From Mizuhopecten yessoensis (lineage: Eukaryota): DNA of 64,000 nt. Below, piece after piece: positions 40,401 through 52,300 of this stretch. How positions within the stretch are numbered: the first letter of the stretch is position 1; every line of letters begins with the position of its first letter. A program made the translations under genes and the position numbers. Location: positions 317,234 to 381,233 of the forward strand of contig NW_018408516.1 in assembly GCF_002113885.1 (NCBI RefSeq), read 5' to 3'. Under the pieces are notes generated by a model. That model ran no database searches, had not been told where the DNA came from, and was given only the letters and a program-made list of their open reading frames with translations.

Positions 40401-43400
40401 CAAGTCTGAAACAAAAAGTTGTAGCTGACGTGTTTATATCATTGGTTCTATCAATCATGCTGACATCGGGCGGAACAAACAGGACAAACATTGTCCTTAC
40501 GAACGTTATAGACGGGACGTGCCCTAACACCATGTTCAGTAGTTTGTTTAACCTTTCAATGATAACAAAGTATGAGTGTAAAGATGTATATAGCTAAGGT
40601 AAGTATACTGGTGTTAAACTCATTCAATATCATCATACACTTATCTTCCTAATTGAATATAAAGTGAAAAGCTATGTTATATCCATGTTAAATTAACCTT
40701 TTTATAATATACATATATGTATATAACTTTCGCTGTGTGTGTCGACATTTTCCTCTAGTGTCATATTAGTAGCAATATATCAAACTGTCGGCCAGGGGTG
40801 AAGTAATATACCGCATTAGACAGGAATAGTTTAGGCCCAAGACAGCTTTTAATTCTAATTCTTTTAATTGGCGCCAATTAATTCCTCGAGCTAACACATT
40901 ATGAATCACATGACAAGCACATGCTGTTTCTTAATTAATCTCCATGTGAACTTAAAGGTATGATAATTCAGTTGTGTAAATGAATTAGTCAATATGTTTT
41001 AATACATAAGATATTGGTTTGACCTTTTGAAGCCCGACATTATTTAAACAGTGAATAGAAACATCCTTAATCCATTAATTACTTTAAGAAATAGTCATAA
41101 TTTGCATGCAATGTTAACTTAGTTCGGCTCTGCGTCGGGTTTTAAGTTATTCAAAAGGTGTTTCCTAACTTTGTTTTTCAAGTGACCAATTTACGTCACA
41201 AGGTCGTTGACTCCACTGGAAATACATCAGTCCCAAAGGTTAGTCGCAGCCTACATATCTTGGTATTTTCCCTCTCGCGGTTCATGTTATGTAATAGCTT
41301 TAAATTTAAATAGGTTATATATTGAATCAACAACCCTTAGTGGTTAATGTAAATAACTTGTTTCCTAAGTGTTGTATGATAAATGAAGTTTGTATAGATC
41401 TACTTTCTTAGTAGCGGTCATACCTTCTCGTCCTACCACCAATTAGTCTATTGCGAAATAAACGAAAATAGCTATATGGTGCACATTTATTTTGTTCTTT
41501 GTTTGCTTTTTCTTCATCACCTCTACTTGTTTGGCTTTCTGCTTCAACTTGCGTTTTTTTTGATAGATGCTTCCTTCGAATTTCTAGCGACTACTTTAAG
41601 TGTATTTATGAAATATCAGCTACCATTTTCTAATGAATATCTAAACCTAGGGTGATCGGTTAATGCAGTGGAAAGCACACTCGCCTTTCACAAAGGCAGC
41701 CGGGGTTCGATTCCCTGACCGGACGTGAAAAGGTATTTTATCACCTGCCCAACCACGTAGATTTTCGCCGGGTACTCTGGTTTCTGCACCCTTCCATCCG
41801 GGCCAACGAGACTGATTTATATCAGTAAGAAAACATGTTTCACAATTGTTGTAAAATGTAAAAAGTATGAATATCATAACTGAGTGCTTATGTATAAACT
41901 TTGAGCTAGCTTATGGACACAGATAATAAACATACTGTATGTCGGTAGATGATACATAGTTACAGTTATGCAAAGTAATCCCTAAGTATGTGCTGTGTCA
42001 GAATGTTAATATGTGCGGTGGATGCACGTTTTATATTCATAGAAAATATCCATAAGCATTTCTCGAATCAATCATGTGACGAATAGTAGTATTATACTAA
42101 GATTGTTAAACAATTACATTTACATATTCATAAGGAGAATACAAAATGAAGTGTGGATAACAACATAACACAGGCCATAATGTCTCCTTTTGTGAAAATT
42201 AGCGGTGCTGTTAACATCCTCGTCATTTTGAATGAAATGTAATAGCGGTACACTTTTGTATACTGCGCCATTGTTGATAAATCTGCACCACGAGTGCAAA
42301 TTATTTTCATCTGTATCATTAGAGTTTATTAGGATTAATGACTCAGGATTCATTGACCAGTGTTTTTATTAGAGTATCTCCGCCAATCCGTCCTTCCATC
42401 CTAGGGTAGAATGGTGGAATGAGGAGTACAAACACTGCTGTACCTTTGTTATTAGCCTTCGTGGGAGGAGTACAAACACTGCTGTACCTTTGGTATACGC
42501 CTTCGTGTGAGGAGTACAAACACTGCTGTACCTTTGGTATTAGCCTTCGTGTATCCCGGATGTTGTGTATGTGTTCTGCTAGTTATAAGATCGTAATTAC
42601 ATCTCCATCACAGTGTAATACAACACTAAATCATGCTTAATCCAAATCATAGTATGTTTTACTCTCGACTCGTGTGTTGAGCAGCAAGGATAAAGTGACT
42701 TGTTCGTGGCCACTGCTTCATCCCGTCATCGTAGAATATCGAACCTTGGAGTAATGTTGCTGACACTCTACACACTCTGATACGTGTATAGGGCTATATT
42801 GTGCACGTTATAAAGCGTGTTCCTTATGACATAATATCCTTGGGGGTATTGGGTGGTACTGAACTCAAATCTCTTGTATGCTCAGCTCAGCCAATTATGT
42901 CTCAAAATTAAGAATTCCACCGGGCTGATATGAATAAAAATATATTTTAATTGAACAGGAAAAATGAAATTTCCTGAATAAGTTTTCATATTGGAATTCA
43001 ATGCATAAAGTATGCATGTTATTTTATGTCATGAATTAAATATTTCTTATATTATGTACCACATATAACAGTTAGTCGTCCTTTAGTCTCTACAGTACGA
43101 AATCGTAAAGGCTAAGATTGTTTTGAACACAAACAGGAATTGAAAACTTATTTTGCAAGCTTTTGAAAAAGTTTCCTTTGTCAAGCGAAGGGTGTAAAAG
43201 ACTGGTGTCTCGACTCTGAACCGCTGAAAACAACCTCACTAAGCCACAGTATGCCGAATCGGTAAAGTCTGCTGTCAGAAATTGCCAGAAATTCGGGACA
43301 CGCCTAAAAGAACATCAGAAAGACGTTGAAGCAATGAAACAGCAAGTCTACACTAGAACACAAGGAAGACATCGGAGAGACAATACAATAAATCAGCCGT

Positions 43401-46400
43401 TACAGAGCATGCTTACACGTACAACCACATCATATACTAGAACACAAGGATGACATCGGAGAGACATTACAATAAATCAGCCGTTACAGAGCATGCTAAC
43501 ACACACAACCACATCGCTGACTGGAACATCTCGAAAGTGCTTAACAACTGGTTAGTCAGGGGAGAATCTATCAGGGTTAGGAGGGAAGGGGATTCGAAGA
43601 ACAGAGATGAAGAGGGCCACCAGCTGAGTCATCTTTATGACCTATTTTTAACATCCACTAAGGGGCGGAATTGATAAACATGTAACTCTTCCCCTGATTG
43701 CCTGCAATATTAGAGTGTAATTGGGCAAAATGTCTCTATGCGTTTTGACTGCTTATTTTACTTTAAATAGTTTATTTTAGTTGAAATACCAAACAGAACA
43801 CTCATACAACCTCCAGCATGCACGCTCACATCGCACAAATTATGGAAGTATGGCCAATGGCTTGCGTACATACATGTCTGAATTTCTCAAACGTTTTGAG
43901 AGGCTGTAGCTTTCCATCCCCGAACGGAAGGACAGGTTTGCGTATATATTATAAACAGAACACTGTTTAATGAGTCATTAACTAAGCTATCATCAACACA
44001 GGTAGTATTTAGACTTAGTTCTGCTGATTGCCTGGATCATGTACATGTAGATGTAAGTATGTTTGTACTCACAACCAAAGACAGAAGAGAGAAATGTGAG
44101 AGCAGATCTGTTGAAAAGCACATGTACAGTAAAACCTCGATATATTGCCCGTACCTCCCTTTATGTACAGTAAAACCTCGATATAATGCCCCTTACTTAA
44201 TTTGCCACCTCATTAATCACATATTTCAAGGTCCCTGATTTTACTGCGTAACTCCTTTATAACGCCATTATTTTCTGGACAAATGGTGGCAGTATAACGA
44301 GGTTTTTATTGTACTTATTTCATAAAAGGAAACTTCAATTTTGCAATAAGTATGAGATTCATAGAGATGTTTCTTTATTTCAAAATGTAATATGGCATTT
44401 GATTTCTGATATATAGGAAAACCTACGAAACCATATGTCATTCAAGGTTCAACATCGTTCAGTGAAAGAGGTATATGCCTGATTATATTTCATCCGAGCG
44501 TTTTCCGCCATTTTTTATTAAGATTTTTAATCTGATCAATAACACTTAACGTGTATCCTTTCAAAGAATACGATATGCTTTCAGCACATTTAATATGCAC
44601 ATTTTTAGAAATGTTACCTAGTCCACTTTATCAAAACGTGTACTTACAGGGGTCGAGAGGGATTCGCCTGCGGCCACATCTGACGTTATCGTAATGATCA
44701 CACACGCTTCGTCGGACGTTAAAGAGGAGGGGGTAAGGACACTCCCTGAGGTTGGTCCCCCACCAGTCTTCCTTACGGTCGGAACCACAGTCGTAGTACT
44801 GGGCACATTTGTCTGGGTGGGCGATCCTCCTTTTTGACCTAGCAGGGCACACGGGCTTGGCGAATCTCCAAGGCGCTCTTATTCCTCCTCTCATGTTACG
44901 GGGTGGGGAGGCATAGATCTGTGGCGGACCCCATCTCTTAGCTGTTTAAAAACGAATATGTTTAATTCAATTATTGAGCAAACAAAGCAATAGCATACCT
45001 TTAGTTCGACTCTAAAACTATATTAAATACTGTAATGCAGGGCCTTTATCATGATGTTTTAGATATAAATATAATAGCATTTATATATGTATAAACAGTA
45101 TATGCAACGTAATGTTTCACCGAGGTCACTTGTAGGCGATGTTGTTTTACCTTTTGTTCAAGTTTTTGTTTTAGGTGCATATTATTTCCTCTGTGCACCA
45201 ACGCCGAAGGCATGGATTAAGAAGCCTCTTGCAACCTTTATATACGAGTCTTCACATGAACTTTCATTTACTTTTATTCTTACATTGACAGGTTGATGGC
45301 AGGAAATATCAACAGATCAGTGTAAGGCGTGTAATTTGTGGCTTTCATATCTAAAGACGAAGTTCTTCGAACAAAATTTACTTTCAGATAACTTGTGTAG
45401 CATGGCTTCCATACAGATAGTTAACATCTTATATTGTTAGAAGTGTGTAGCATGGCTTCCATACAGATAGTTAACATCTTATATTGTTAGAAGTGTGTAG
45501 CATGGCTTCCATACAGATAGTTAACATCTTATATTGTTAGAAGTGTGTAGCATGGCTTCCATACAGATAGTTAACATCTTATATTGTTAGAAGTGTGTAG
45601 CATGGCTTCCATACAGATAGTTAACATCTTATATTGTTAGAAGTGTGTAGCATGGCTTCCATACAGATAGTTAACATCTTATATTGTTAGAAGTGTGTAG
45701 CATGGCTTCCATACAGATAGTTAACATCTTATATTGTTAGAAGTGTGTAGCATGGCTTCCATACAGATAGTTAACATCTTATATTGTTAGAAGTGTGTAG
45801 CATGGCTTCCATACAGATAGTTAACATCTTATATTGTTAGAAGTGTGTAGCATGGCTTCCATACAGATAGTTAACATCTTATATTGTTAGAAGTGTGTAG
45901 CATGGCTTCCATACAGATAGTTAACATCTTATATTGTTAGAAGTGTGTAGCATGGCTTCCATACAGATAGTTAACATCTTATATTGTTAGAAGTGTGTAG
46001 CATGGCTTCCATACAGATAGTTAACATCTTATATTGTTAGAAGTGTGTAGCATGGCTTCCATACAGATAGTTAACATCTTGTTAGAAATGTGTTCATGAT
46101 CTACAATATGACATCACGAAGAGACTGTGGAGCGATATATCCAATGTATCTACAGTCCAGTCAACTGCTCGACGATCTCTGCTGGTGGTCCATTCACATC
46201 AGTGACGATGTTCAGGAAGAAGCTGGACTTAAAGGTGTTGAGGTGGTTTTAGATGTTGATGTAATCGAAGTGAAGTTGTCTCCTTCCACTTAACTTATTA
46301 GGGCATTTGTCACTTTGGTACCCTTATACAGGTCGGTTAGACATTCGGTAGTCTCTAGTTGGTACCCTTATACAGGTCGGTTAGTCATTCGATATTCTCT

Positions 46401-48288
46401 AGTTGGTGCCTTTAGTTGGTATTCCGACATAGTTCTCTAACTGAAGTACATCAGTTAATTTAGTTGCATCATGGTCGAGCAGACCATTTCTCTCACTTTC
46501 TATTGTCAATATGACGTCTAAGAAAGGCCTCCGTTTTGTCGGCAGCCATCCGCTGTACGAGCTGCTGTCGTGATTGGCATGGTGAGTAATTAGCGTTACA
46601 CAGTTAACGTCGGATAATGAGATACAAGAGGAAATGAGCCTAATTTCAATATATTTACATACAAGTCGCTGGTGGAGACGTTACGGGAACATTATACTGC
46701 TATACATGTCACCTAAAAGGCAGTTTGATGCGTTTAACAATATATGTCATCTTCAACAGTTGTTGATGTGGTAAATAGTGGCAAAGATGATTTTATTACC
46801 AGATTAGTTTTTTAACTGTATTGTCAACTTTATCATCATCATTACTTCATAAAGCTAAAATATTATATTATCAACTTAATAACCATCATTACTTCATATA
46901 GCTAAAATATTGTAAATTACTTAGTATAGTTATCACACTTGATTGTCAACTTAATAATCATCATTACTAAGTATTATACATACAAATAAAGCGTTTGAGA
47001 TCATAGTGAAGAAATTGATACTGCACGGCTAGTTAATGTATATGTAATACGTGGCTAGTTTCTCCCAGTTGTTAATTAGATGTATCCGTAATATCGCTAG
47101 TATAAAACTTCTCCAAGAAATTGCAGATTTTCAGTTGACCAGATACAATACAGATACTATGAAAAATGTATATGTCTTGTCAAATAAAACGTATTTAACC
47201 GTCTTTCCCGAAATACCATACTATATACGTTGGTTTTACTGTTATAAACTTTGCTATTGTATTATTAATTAAGTTTTAGATGATGGTGACTGGGCGGGTG
47301 CTATGTAAAAGTGAGCGTAAAGTTTTAGGACATGCGTAGGGATGGGAGGTCAGTATAGCTTACGGTAACTTTTCTCAATGTCAAAATGAAAATTTTGAAC
47401 TTTTTATTAACACAATCAGTAAAATCAAATTAAAAAAACTTGCAAGACTTATATTTAAAAACATTCGGGTTACCATTTGCGTATGGTAATTAGCTGATGT
47501 AGAACCAACATTTAGACAAACAACTTTCACCCGCACGCTACTGGTTTTATACGAAAGTGCAAAAAATGAAAAAATATAACGTTTAGTTTTTTATGAATTG
47601 ACGTAATACCATTTCGTTATAAATCGCTCTATTTCTATTTTTTTTATCCATTTCCGATTCAAGACAAGAGTGAAATATACTAATACTTAATAATCATGAC
47701 AATCAACTGGAACCTGTCTCTTATGGCAATTGGCTGATTCGTTTGAAAATGTGGGTAAAATGCATGTCTTATGATGGGTGTTGCTAAATAGATGGAATTT
47801 GTCTTATAGAATAATCAGTGAAACTAAGCGAAATTTGTCAGAAGGTCGAAAAATAATTAACTTATTATAATAAAATATTTGTACTTACGGTTCTGGCAAG
47901 GGTCGGGGCCTGTAATCGTGTTTTTATTGACACATGTGCCAATAGTGTTATTCCAGACCTGGGTACCACAGTTGAGGTTGTGAAGCGTGGTGCCGATACA
48001 CAGTATGTATTTGTTACAGTCGGAGGGATGGCTGAGGAACTTCTGGCCTACTATATCCTTACATAGATTCGTGACCTGACCTCGGACCTGAGGCCGGGCA
48101 TGTGGCCGGGCGTGGGGGCGGGCCTGCGGCCGGGCGTGAGGCCGGGCGCGAGGCCGGATCTGTGGCAGGGCCTGATGCCGGGCCTGGTGCCGGCCCTGAT
48201 GCCGGCCCTGATGCTGCCTTTTGGGGGGAAATATTGGGTATGCATATCCGACGCACAGAATAAGAATGAGGAGGACTTGGGTGTACAT
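37410..48288 (-). CDS. Secreted, highly basic chitin-binding protein (Arg/His/Pro/Gln tetrapeptide repeats + 3x ChtBD2-like), 315 aa; exons 48288-47889, 44941-44648, 37663-37410
   Basis: Signal peptide MYTQVLLILILCVGYA; HPSDCNKYILC; HPDKCAQYYDC..ECPYPLLFN; EYIANQC..CLPC..R. GT-AG phase-1 junctions at the same positions as in the paralogs; 948 nt in frame. Extra small exons cannot be excluded. Confidence 0.85.
37976..39925. repeat. ~51-bp minisatellite, about 38 copies, in intron 2
   Basis: Unit gtgacgtagtggtatattgatttttaattgttcagtattctctattgtatg. Confidence 0.95.
40080..40120. other. Assembly gap within a poly-C run
   Basis: 41 N flanked by C runs. Confidence 1.
41650..41830 (+). mobile_element. 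tRNA-derived SINE (V-domain-like core)
   Basis: tRNA-like head with an A-box-like segment (taatgcagtgg) and a B box (ggttcgattcc), followed by ttttcgccgggtactctggtttc, which resembles the V-SINE central domain. No tRNA acceptor stem or 3' end. Confidence 0.65.
42421..42553. repeat. ~44-bp tandem repeat, 3 copies
   Basis: gaggagtacaaacactgctgtacctttggtattagccttcgtg x3. Confidence 0.85.
43240..43735 (+). mobile_element. Penelope-like element 3' remnant (GIY-YIG endonuclease half) with an internal 84-bp duplication
   Basis: RKFGTRLKEHQKDV...NKSAVTEHA..HNHIADWN...ESIRVRR...NRDEEGHQLSHLYD. The duplication is at 43352 and 43436. Confidence 0.7.
44127..44311. mobile_element. Tc1/mariner (pogo/Tigger-like) MITE with a duplicated 5' end
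   Basis: TA|CAGTAAAACCTCGATAT at 44127 and 44168; inverted TATAACGAGGTTTTTATTG|TA ending at 44311; TA target sites. Confidence 0.65.
45394..46080. repeat. 50-bp perfect tandem repeat, about 13.7 copies, in intron 1
   Basis: tgtgtagcatggcttccatacagatagttaacatcttatattgttagaag, with no visible variants. Confidence 0.98.
46145..46300 (-). mobile_element. Possible old LINE ORF2 C-terminal remnant
   Basis: Reverse translation NTFKSSFFLNIVTDVNGPPAEIVE resembles the SFFPRT..DWN.LP motif. Confidence 0.35.
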
Positions 48289-49336
48289 CTCTCCGGTGAC
48301 GACCCGCGGGGACGTCTTAACACAGCAGAACGTACGACGAAAGTGAAAAGGCGACGGACAGGTAGGCTAACAATTGTCTTAATTACCTTACATCACACCC
48401 TGACGGTGATCTGACTGGCTGGTTAAGGATCTAATTTACATACGGCAGGGAAATCACGAGGTGACATCTCGGTGATATATCACCGTACCTCGTATGTTCA
48501 TCTCGCTTGTTCAAAGTATAGCTTCAATAAGGAATTAACGAAATGTAATCGTTATTCATTTATTAGTACATGTTGCTAGTCCTTACAAAAATATATTAAT
48601 GATAATGTGAAGGGGATAAGACTAATCTAATAAATAAAATGATGTGATTATTTTGTTTTGAGATAGTAAAATAGAATGTTGTTTCTGTAATATGATTTTT
48701 GTCAGAGTGAGTTTACAAGGCATTGGTAAACGTGAACCTTCTTTGTATATTCATTAATCATTAGTCACTCCAAACTTCATTAGTAATTAGTAATTCAATT
48801 TGTTGCCGACGCAATATAAGTTGCATTGTGGAAAGGGTGTTCATTTAGAGGGACAGAGTAAATGAGGTCTTCAAAGACTATATACATATATGGATATATC
48901 ACTCCCGTGACAACCACATTGTAATGTAGTGTCTTATAAATTAATACTCATATTCATACAGAGGAAAGGTTTCCCCTGATAAATATAGCACGATGAGCAT
49001 AACGATCGTTGTACATATGAATATGGCCATCAACTCAGTTTTGTGTAAAAGTAATAATTAAAGATAACAAGTCAAGATAATTAAACCCGGTAGAATTTAT
49101 TTAGATAAGACTCACTATCAACAAACAGTGTCGTGTTAATTACTGGGGGGTAGCTATTTTACTGATTTTCCATATCAGCACCAAATTACTATATCACCTT
49201 TTTTCTTTCGCGTCTAGATGTTGTTTATTTCTGGATTTCCTGAGTGTTCATGGAAGGAAAATCGCACGGTCATCATCAGGAGCTGATTTCTCACTATCAT
49301 AATGCTATGTCTACCGTAACAGATACGTTGTTTTCA

Positions 49337-52300
49337 TGGATTTACACCATAAACCGTGACGGGTGAACTACGTAGGTATCCTCCTGGATTTACCGCCATA
49401 AACTGTGACGGGTGAACTACGTAATTATCCTCCTGGATTTAATACCATAACAGGTGACGGGTGAATTACGTTGGTATCCTCCTGGATTAACACCATAAAC
49501 CGTGACGGGTGAACTACGTAGGTATCCTCCTGGATTTACCGCCATAAACCGTGACGGGTGAACTACGTAATTATCCTCCTGGATTTAATACCATAACAGG
49601 TGACGGGTGAACTACGTAAGTATCCTCCTGGATTTAATACCATAACAGGTGACGGGTGAATTACGTTGGTATCCTCCTGGATTAACACCATCAACCGTGA
49701 CGGGTGAACTACGTAGGTATCCTCCTGGATTTGCCGCCATAAACCGTGGCGGGTGAACTACGTAATTATCCTCCTGGATTTAATGCCATAACAGGTGACG
49801 GGTGAACTACGTAAGTATCCTCCTGGATTTACCGCCATAAACCGTGACGGGTAAACTACGTAAGTGTCGTCCTGGATTTAACACCAGATATCCTCCTGGA
49901 TTTAAAACCATAAACCGTGACGGGTGAACTACGTAGGTATCCTCCCGGAATTAATACCATAAACCGTGACGGGTGCACTACGTAGGTATCCTCCTGGATT
50001 TACCGCCATAACCCGTGACGGGTGAACTACGTAAGAATCCTGCTGGATTTACCGCCCTAAACCGTGACGGGTGAACTATTTAACACCATAAACCGTGACA
50101 GGTGAACTACGTAAGTATAAACCGTGACGGGTAAACTACGTAAGTATCCTCCTGGATTTACCGCCATAAACCGTGACGGGTAAACTACGTAAGTATCGTC
50201 CTGGATTTAACACCAGATAACCTCCTGGATTTAAAACCATAAACCGTGACGGGTGAACTACGTAAGTATCCTCCTGGATTTAACACCATAAACCGTGACG
50301 GGCGAACTACGTAGATATCCTACTGGATTTAACACCATAAACCATGACGGGCGAACTACGTAAGTATCCTCCTGGATTTACCACCATAACCCGTGACGGG
50401 GGAACTACGTAGATATCCTTCTGGATTTACCACCATAAACCGTGACGGGTGAACTACGTAGATATCCTCCTGGATTTACACCATAAACCGTGACGGGTGA
50501 ACTACGTAGGTATCCTCCTGGATTTAACACCATTAACCGTGACGGGTGAACTACGTAGGTATCCTCCCGGCATTAACACCATAAACCGTGACGGGTGAAC
50601 TACGTAAGTATCCTCCTGGATTTACCACCATAACCCGTGACGGGTGAACTACGTAGATATCCTTCTGGATTTACCACCATAAACCGTGACGGGTGAACTA
50701 CGTAGATATCCTCCTGGAATTAATACCATAAACCGTGACCGGTGAACTACGTAGATACCCTTCTGGATTTACCACCATAACCCGTGACGGGTGAACTATG
50801 TAGATATCCTTCTGGATTTTACACCATAAACCGTGACAGGGGATCCTCCTGGATTAACACCACAAACCGTGACGGGAAAACTACGTAATTATCTTCCTGG
50901 AATTAATACTATAAACCGTGACGGGTGATCCTCCTGGATTAACTCCATAAACCGTGACGGGTAAATTACGTAGATATCCTCACCATAACCCGTGACGGGA
51001 AAACTACGTAATTATCTTCCTGGAATTAATACCATAAACCGTGACGGGTGAACTACTTAGATATCCTCCTGGATTTAACACCATAAACCGTGACAGGTGA
51101 TCCTCCTGGATTAACACCATAAACCGTGACGGGAAAACTACGTAAGAATCCTCCAGGATTTATCACCATAAAACGTGACGGGAGAACTACGTAGATATCC
51201 TCCTGGATTTACCATCATAAACCGTGACGGGTGAGCTACGTAGGTATCCTCCTGGAGTTAACACCATAAACCGTGACGGGAGAATTACGTAGGTATCCTC
51301 CTGTAGTGACCACCATAAACCGTGATGGGTGAATTACGTAGGAATCCACCTGGATTTAAGAACTACGTAGATATCCTCCTGGATTTAACACCATAAACCG
51401 TCACAGGTGATCCTCCTGGATTAACACCATAAACCGTGACGGGAAAACTACGTAAGAATCCTCCAGGATTTATCCCCATAAAACGTGACGGGTGAACTAC
51501 GTAGATATCCTCCTGGAATTAATACCATAAACCATGACGAGTGAACTACGTAATTATCCTCCTGGATTTACACTTTAAACCGTGACGGGTAAACTACGTA
51601 ATCATCCTCCTGGAATTAACACCATAAACCGTGACGGGTGAACTACGTAAGTATCCTCCTGGATTTAACACCATAAAACGTGACGGGTGAACTACGTAAT
51701 TATCCTCCTGGCTTAACACCATAAACCGTGACGGGTGAACTACGTAAGTATCCTCCTGTAGTGACCACCATAAACCGTGATGGGTAAATTACGTAGGAAT
51801 CCTCCTGGATTTAACACCATAAACCGTGATGGGTGAATTGCGTAGGAATCCTCCTGGATTTAACACCATAAACCGTGACGGGTGAACTACGTAGGTATCC
51901 TCCTGGATTTACACCATAAACCGTGATGGGTGAACTACGTAGGTATCCTCCAGGATTTACACCATAAACCGTGACGGGTGAACTACGTAGATATCCTACT
52001 GGATTTAACACCATAAACCATGACGGGTGAACTATGTAGGTATCCTCCTGGATTTAACACCATAAACCATGAGTAGTGACCACCATAAACCGTGATGGGT
52101 AAATTACGTAGGAATCCTCCTGGATTTAACACCATAAACCGCTACGTAGATATCCTCCTGGAATTAATACCATACCCCATGACGGGTGAACAACGTAATT
52201 CTCCTCCTGGATTTACACTTTTAACCGTGACGGGTAAACTACGTAATTATCTACTACGTAGATATCCTCCTGGATTTACACCATAAACCTTGATGGGTGA

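Noticed and set aside
41650-41725. Functional tRNA gene
   Set aside because: It has a B box but no closing acceptor stem, and it continues into a SINE-like body.
46150-46440. Extra Thr-rich exon of the 48288 gene
   Set aside because: The candidate acceptor at ~46441 gives a stop within 10 codons in the required phase, and exon 1 splices in frame to 44941 without it.
48051-48414. Overlapping alternative-frame and antisense ORFs (48051, 48059, 48100)
   Set aside because: By-products of the GC-rich 12-bp repeat. Only the signal-peptide/ChtBD2 frame has support.
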